NCBI GenBank assembly: GCA_030704615.1
Contig: CM060734.1
Coordinates: forward strand, 42,470,001 to 42,534,000
Direction of reading: 5' to 3'
DNA length: 64,000 nucleotides
Source: Takakia lepidozioides
Lineage: Eukaryota > Plantae > Bryophyta
Below, one piece after another: positions 57,625 through 64,000 of this stretch (position 1 is the stretch's first letter; every line of letters starts with the position of its first letter). The notes under the pieces are model-generated. The model saw nothing but the letters and a program-made list of their open reading frames with translations, was not told where the DNA came from and did no database searches. The translations under genes were made by a program, and so were the position numbers.

Positions 57625-58800
57625 TTGCCCCTAGGTCTCCAAAGCCTCCATCCCGCGCCCTTGCTGTGCATATCCTGCAATCATCACACTCCACAATACC
57701 ACATGTCGTTCAGCCATACTGTCGAGCATTCCCTTTGCATCCTAAATGCACCCACATTTGGCATACATGTCAACCAGGGCAGTGTTCAGAATGACAGGTG
57801 CAATTCCAGATTTGATGATGTCACCATGCATCTCTTTGCCCTTTTCCAGGGCTGCCAGGCTTACACAAGCACTGCAAACACACAAACGTGATCTGGTTAC
57901 ACTTCACCCCTTCCCCCATCATTGGCTCATAGGTCTCCAAGGCCTCCATCTCGCGCCCCTGCTGTGCATATCCTGCAAGCATGGCATTCCATGACACCAT
58001 ACCTTGTTCAGCCATACTATCCAACACTCCCTTTGCATCCTTGATGCACCCACATTTTGGATATATGTCCACCAGGGTAATAGTACTTCAGAATGACATC
58101 GGGTACAATCCGGCTCTAACAATGTCACTACGGACCTCTTTGCCCTTTCCAGGGCTTCCAGGCTTGCACATGCATTGCAAATGTGGTTGGGCTTCACCCC
58201 TTCCCCCATCATTTGATCCTAGGTCTCCAAAACCTCCATACCAAGTCCCTGCTGTGCATACTCTGCAAGCATCGTGTTCCACCACATCTCGTTCAGCCAT
58301 GTGTTGGAAACTCCCTTTGCATCCTTAATGCACCCACATTTCGCATTTATGTCCACTAGGGCAGTGTTCAGAATGACATCTGGTACAATTCCAGCTTTGA
58401 CGATGTCACCATGGACCTCTTTCCCCTTTTCCAGAGCTCCCCTGCTTGCACACGCATTGCAAACACAAACAAATGTGATGTGGTTGGGCTTCACCCCTTT
58501 GCGCAGCATTTGCTCATAGGTCTCTAAAAGCATTCCTACCACATCCATGCTTGGTAAATCCTGCCAACATTATATTCGACGTGATCAAAGATCGTTGAGT
58601 CATCCTGTTGAATACTTGGTGAGCATCCATGATGCTCCCACACTTAACATACATGTTGACAAGGGTTTTGAGTAGAAAAACATTTGGTGTGGATTCACTT
58701 TAGATAATGTGAGTGTGCACCTACTTTCCAGCTTCCAGACCTTTCATCTTGATGCACTTAAGCAAGAGACAGACATATGTACCTGAATTTGCTGAAATGC
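57625..58800 (-). pseudogene. PLS-class PPR array (about 3-4 triplets)
   Basis: GVKPNHITFVCVCNACASRGALEKGKEVHGDIVKAGIVPDVILNTALVD..KCGCIKDAKGV; VSWNAMLAGYAQQGR. Confidence 0.9.
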
Positions 58801-58974
58801 CTCCTTGGTTTAAAGTCTGTAGAGCCTTTGTTAGTCTGCCTGCCTCACAAAGCATCTTGCCCAGAAGTGCCAGAAGAGGCATTGTGGACTCCCTCTCTTG
58901 ATCCTCTTTCAGAAGCTGTGGTCATGGTTGAGGTGCCTGATTTACCAACTGTGGCGCTGCAACTACTACCTTTA

Positions 58975-60110
58975 GTTGACCATCTAGCCATGTAGGTTTC
59001 TTGTAGCTATTGATCCACAGGGAATCATAGGTAATCTTGTGCTTGAAATCTGGCCTTTTTGGATGAATCTGGACCCACACTCTATCCCCGCCCCTTCAGC
59101 TATCCATGCCTCTCCACAGATAGTGCATTCATCCTTGCCTTGAGCTGCTAGCAGCTAACAGTGACAGCCTAGATTTGTCCTAGGAAACACCCAAGTCAGC
59201 TTATCACACTAGTTCCTATGCTCAATTGCATCTGCTACTCTCTGTAATCCCATAGGCATTCATCTTTTTGCCTTGATTGTCTCACCATTGATGACTGGGG
59301 TCAGAAAAGTATCCATTCCACAGCTTCTCCTCGTCTCTGTTACCTGTTTCTGGATACTTTCCTGTTGTCATATGTTGGCCGTATCATGTCAGTTACTCCA
59401 AACTATCAAAGGTTCACTCAACCAGCTAACTTGCAGAATTCAATATGAAAATCTAGGTACGACTCTGATAACAGGGGAAAATAGGCTGAAATACAGTGTT
59501 GAAGGTGCCTTTGTTAGCAGTGCCTTGTTCTATCGATTGTGCTGCTGCTGCTGCTTATGTTTCCAGTTGACCATCTACCCACGTAGATTTATTGTAGCTA
59601 TTGATCCACGGGGAATAGAAGTAATCTTATGTTTGAAACCCGGTCCTCTTGGATGAATCTGGACCTCTATCCCTAGTCTTTCAGCTATCCCTGCCTGACC
59701 GTCCTTCAGCGGACACCAACGACGTGAAGTTCTTCCAGCAAATACCCCAACCCTAATGATGAGAGCGCAAAACAGACTGCCAAAAGGTTGAAGAAGAAGG
59801 TGCGCTCACCACAATGTCCTTGACCTTGTGTCATGACGCATGGAGGATTTAACCGACCATAAACCCAAAATGACCTCGTGTGTGCTGTTTGTGTCTGTAG
59901 TCAGGCTATGTCGGATTGGTCGACTGGATAAGTGTTCATTCCACTGCTTCTCCTCATTCTGTTATCTATTTTTGGATACTTTCCTGCTGCCACATCGGCA
60001 AAAACTTGTCAAGTCACCCCAAACCACCACAGATCCACCCAACGAGCTAATTTACAACATTCAATATGTATCTCAGGGCCGAGTCTGATGAGAAGGCAAA
60101 ATAGGTTGAA
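58975..60110 (-). pseudogene. OSB-type PDF motif repeats upstream of the PPR array
   Basis: IHPRGPGFKHKITSIPRGS near 59600-59660; KLWNGYFSDPS near 59290-59330; IHPKRPDFKHKITYDSLWINSYKK near 59000-59070. Confidence 0.75.
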
Positions 60111-61363
60111 ATAGGTGGAAGAAGAAGGGTGCCCTCACCACATTGTCCTCAACCTTGTGTCATGACCCATGGAGGATTTGACTGACCATGAATCCAAGAG
60201 GACCTCTGGTGTGTGCTACTTGTGTCTGTAGTTAGGTAATGAATTGGTCTGTGAGAACCACCACGGTGCAGCTGAGCGGGCACAGATTGAAAAACGGTAT
60301 GCTAAGACCTACAAGCTGACTCTCCCAAGAACCTTGTAAACATCAGGAAGCATACCAAATCATGGTACTAACACGAGCCAAGAGCCCAGACCAGGTGATT
60401 CTGACAAAGCGTGCAAGAGAAACATACACTTCTGAGATGGAGAACATCCTATCATAATACACTAAAACTGTCAAATCAGGGTTGACATCTCCCACATACT
60501 TCCACCCAACGAGGTTTACTATTTCATGAGCAGAAACCATGAGCCATGAGCCATGAGCCGCATGAGCCGCATGAGCCGTGAGCCGAAGTCTAAGATACGC
60601 GGATTTCATGAGCGGACTCCTCCAAATTTGGAAATGCGGCAGATTAAACAAGTATTAAAATAATAGTTTTTTAATTTGACCTTGCCATTTTTGGACGTTC
60701 CAGATCATGTAATGCGGCGAAGATATGTCGTCAGTAACAAGTCCGCTCATGGTTTTATAGATCCGCTCATGGAAATAAGTGACCGTGCAACGGGAAATCC
60801 AGTATACCACTGCAAAAGGACGTCGCATACTGGCCTGTATAGAGTATTCTGCGGTTTTACATGCCTTAACATTGGAATGAAGCTGACCCTTTTGCCGCGA
60901 TTGAACCAATGGAGTCTGCACCAATACAGTCTGCAGTACTTCACAATTTCTGTCTTCTTCGGGTATTCGGCGGGAAAGGTTTGCAACTGAACTGGGAAAT
61001 AAGGTGCCGCATTAGGGTTCGCACGTGCGAAATTTCGGAGCGGTTTGGTGTTGGCGAAGGCCGCCTCTACCAGTACCTACGACGATACTTGGAAATGCGG
61101 CGCCGCATTTCCTTGTCGGAGGTCGAATGAGGAAAGCAAGTTTTCGGAAAGCAGAAAAACATGAACCCTCCAACATACAAAAATACATGCACGTGGAAAC
61201 AAGTGAACGATATAGTAATATCTTAGTTCGAGCAAAACAGATTACTGGTAGGCAAGACATATGTCGGACCTTTCTGTGGCCAGAGTCTGAGGTACTGGCA
61301 GCAGTACAGTTCTACTATCCGAAAAGGATGGGCGTACCATTGTATGGGGACCGCAAGCCAAGC

Positions 61364-64000
61364 TCATTGGTCCCCTGGATCCATATTCAGAAGAGTGTGA
61401 ACCTCCTGGGGGCTCAACCCTGGTGCATGTATGAAGTGATGAGTTGTGGAATTACAACGGAGTCTCTTTAGGTACACATAGTACAAATGCTTGCAAGGGC
61501 AGTATGATGCCCCATTGTTCGCCATGATCTGGAAGTCGGTGCAATTGCAGGTGGGTAATTCTGAAATGGTGATGGTGTACACCTCATTGCGAACAGCTGA
61601 GCCCGCCGTGGCCATCTGATACACACGCCCGAATCCTGGTGGGGGCACTTCTGTCGAGCTCTGGATTGTACAGTTCATCCGAAGTGCATTCCCCATCCTT
61701 GTCTCGTTCACTTTTGAGGGAGGTCGTCGCCTCTTCGGTTTCCCCCAACGGTGTGTAGGATGCTTAGAGCTGTCGTGTCCCATTGTTCTTGCTCTCACAG
61801 GGGTCGGTGGTGGAGGCTGTGGAAGCGGAAATGGTTCTCTGGGGACGTCAGTGCGCTGCACCATCCGAAATCCTGCGGCGGTAAGGGCGTCGGCCTCAAC
61901 CTGACCCAGATCGCAGCCTGGTTCCACCGGCCACACCGGGGGAGCCTCTGGCATTGTTTGTATACCGTACTTGGGCTTTCCATACACGCAAGTCATAATG
62001 TCGTGCCTGCAGAACCAGAACTAGGTGGTTGTCGCCTCCGCAAACTTTGCATGGACAAATCTTCCTGTAAAAGTAGGAGCAGGGACAGCCCCATCTGGAT
62101 TCCTCCTTATCATCTCTAAACAACGTTGTTGTGTATCCACACGAATTGCGGAACACCTTCCTCGAAACGACGGCTTTGAGCGAGCAATTCTCCACTGTGA
62201 GGTAGACACAGCCGTCTCCACAATGGCTTGGCCATACTGCATAACAGCGGGCGGAATCTGGGGCAAGGGAGCGGTGGGAATTTTTTGCACGAAATCCCCG
62301 GTTGAAGGCGACGGCGATCTGGAATTTCTTGGGCTTCCACTGCTGGAAGACACATTGTGCGGCAACATGACGGGACCTCGAGGTGCTGTCCGAATGTTCC
62401 TGTTGGATCTCCAGGAATCCTCTTCGCACCCGGGTTCCTCTTCAATCCTCCGCCTGATAGGGCGAGTCCGGACGTCCCCCTCTAGGTGTTCACCTCTGCG
62501 GTGCAGAGGCGTCCCTTTGATCTTCTCTCGCAATGCTGTCGCCCATTTCACTGGATTCTTGGACCTCGAAGCTGTTCGTACCAACAATTCCTCCCTGTCC
62601 GGCCCAAAGCCCCATTGTTTGCCGCTCAGGAACTTGTAGTACGTGGCTTGCTGTATGATTGCTCTGTCGATGTCCTCCGTTGTGGCCGTCACTACGTCCA
62701 CCAGATGTGCGGCAGAAGACGCTCGCCAGGAGGAGTGGACCGATTCTGCCATATTCGTGTTCGGCATGTCCGTGTCGGAATCCAAGCACCGCTCCTAGAA
62801 GGACACAAACAATGGTGAGGGACCAATCGAAATGTCCGTAACAGAAAGACAAATGAACGAAATTGACAGCAGCCTACCTCCCGCATGTACTGTCCGAACT
62901 GTCGATACCGAAAATGCCACCACCCCAACCAGCTGTGCAATGCTCCCAGATTGGTTGTCTCCACTGCACCTGACGTGTTCCACCAAGCCTCGATGATAGA
63001 AAACTTAACCTCCGCGTCATCAAATGTGGGTGCATCCTTCCACGCCGTACAAAGGACACGGTGTTCAGCCTGGAATGAGCTAGCAACAACTTTGGTAGTG
63101 TAGTGGGATAGACTCTGCATCCAATGGAATCCACAGGATCTCTCTTTCCCCTCCATTGGAACATTGGGGTCCTCACCGTACACACGCCGCACCGCTGCCC
63201 AGTTGGCCTGAGCGTTGTCTGCCATGAATCCCCTGAAATTGGGCTCTGGCAATCCCGCCCTTGCCATCTGCTCGTTTATGCCCTCCCACAGATGCATCTC
63301 GGACTATGTGTCCTCCCCTTTCATCTCGCAGATTGCAATCGTCATGAGCCTCTTGGAGTGATAGTCATAAACATGCGCACCCATAGTCACCCACTGATGG
63401 TTTGTAATTCGCTTGATGTGATCAAACATCACCCAAGCATTCGACAAGTTTCCAGTTGTCATGCGAGTGACCAAGTCGACTCCACTCCCAGGCCCACACG
63501 TTGACATTTTGAAAATGTAACAACGATCGGATTCGCTGCCTTGCCCTGGAAACCTACTACCTTGGATGTAGTCATATCCAGTCATTCATTTCACCTCCAG
63601 GATTGAGTACATGTCCGACCCCCTGCCGAACTCTTGCTTGCAAGATACGATGTGATTCCGCACATTCGGACTACAAACGTGCGAGACGGACTCCAAGAGG
63701 TCACGCATCTCGTCTTCGGTCAAGGGCTCTCGGTCGGAACCATCTTCAGACATGATTTTGCCAAGAGCAATCTTGTGGGCTGCCTTCAGCTGAATCTGCT
63801 TTGGTCTGGCTCCGGGGCTCAATTTCACCTCCTCTTTTATGATGTCGTGTGCTTCCTGCACAGCCTCACGCATGTTGCCTCTCGCCAAGGGGTGGCAGTG
63901 GACCCCAACGTGTATGCAAGCTCTAGTCAAGTCCGGGAGCAAATGGATTACGTAATATTGCTTGGCTCTGCACATGGACATGCACGTCGGTGGTTCTTTG
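61364..64000 (-). pseudogene. MULE-type DDE transposase-like gene with C-terminal SWIM finger; 3 in-frame stops, 1 intron (62795-62877); 5' end outside window
   Basis: CRAKQY..IHVGVHCHP (zinc finger); VMFDH, GFMADNAQA, CGFHW, TNMAESVHSSW (D, D, CxxH, E); SWIM CNCTDF..CPCKHLYYV; a phase-0 GT..AG intron restores the frame. Confidence 0.82.

Larger units (their letters stand above)
56099..60331. mobile_element. CACTA-ended Pack element related to 30452-35121, inverted; other end not seen
   Basis: CACTAGTACAGATTATCGTTTTTATGACT at 56099; ATGACTAC/TCACTA repeats to about 56510; interior homologous to the reverse complement of 31690-34320. Confidence 0.8.

Noticed and set aside
61751-63504. Plus-strand ORFs of 110-204 aa
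   Set aside because: Antisense shadows of the GC-rich transposase gene.

Overview
Gene-poor, heavily nested transposon region from a land-plant genome, probably non-seed (PLS-type PPR, B3, Dof and OSB-type fragments occur; no intact host gene was found). Main contents: (1) a tandem three-LTR Ty3/Gypsy element (9216-30068, minus strand, one GGTAT TSD) whose integrase frame runs on without a stop to 1948 aa; (2) a degenerate Ty3/Gypsy element (about 36461-44527, plus strand) with the C-terminal part of a C5 DNA methyltransferase between protease and RT and a PHD finger at the integrase C-terminus, plus a separate fragment (54781-55341) holding DNMT motifs I-VI. Together these suggest a methyltransferase- and PHD-encoding retrotransposon family, the best candidate system here; (3) CACTA-ended elements carrying host fragments (OSB-type PDF motifs mixed with PLS-PPR repeats, a SKIP31-like exon), two of them next to a MULE-type DDE/SWIM gene; (4) a B3-domain tandem array with a divergent Dof fragment and a probable inversion; (5) a Tourist MITE, L1 and RLE-type LINE remnants and a 59-bp satellite. 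All protein identifications come from recognising motifs by eye, with no database search. Many single-base frameshifts may be sequencing errors.
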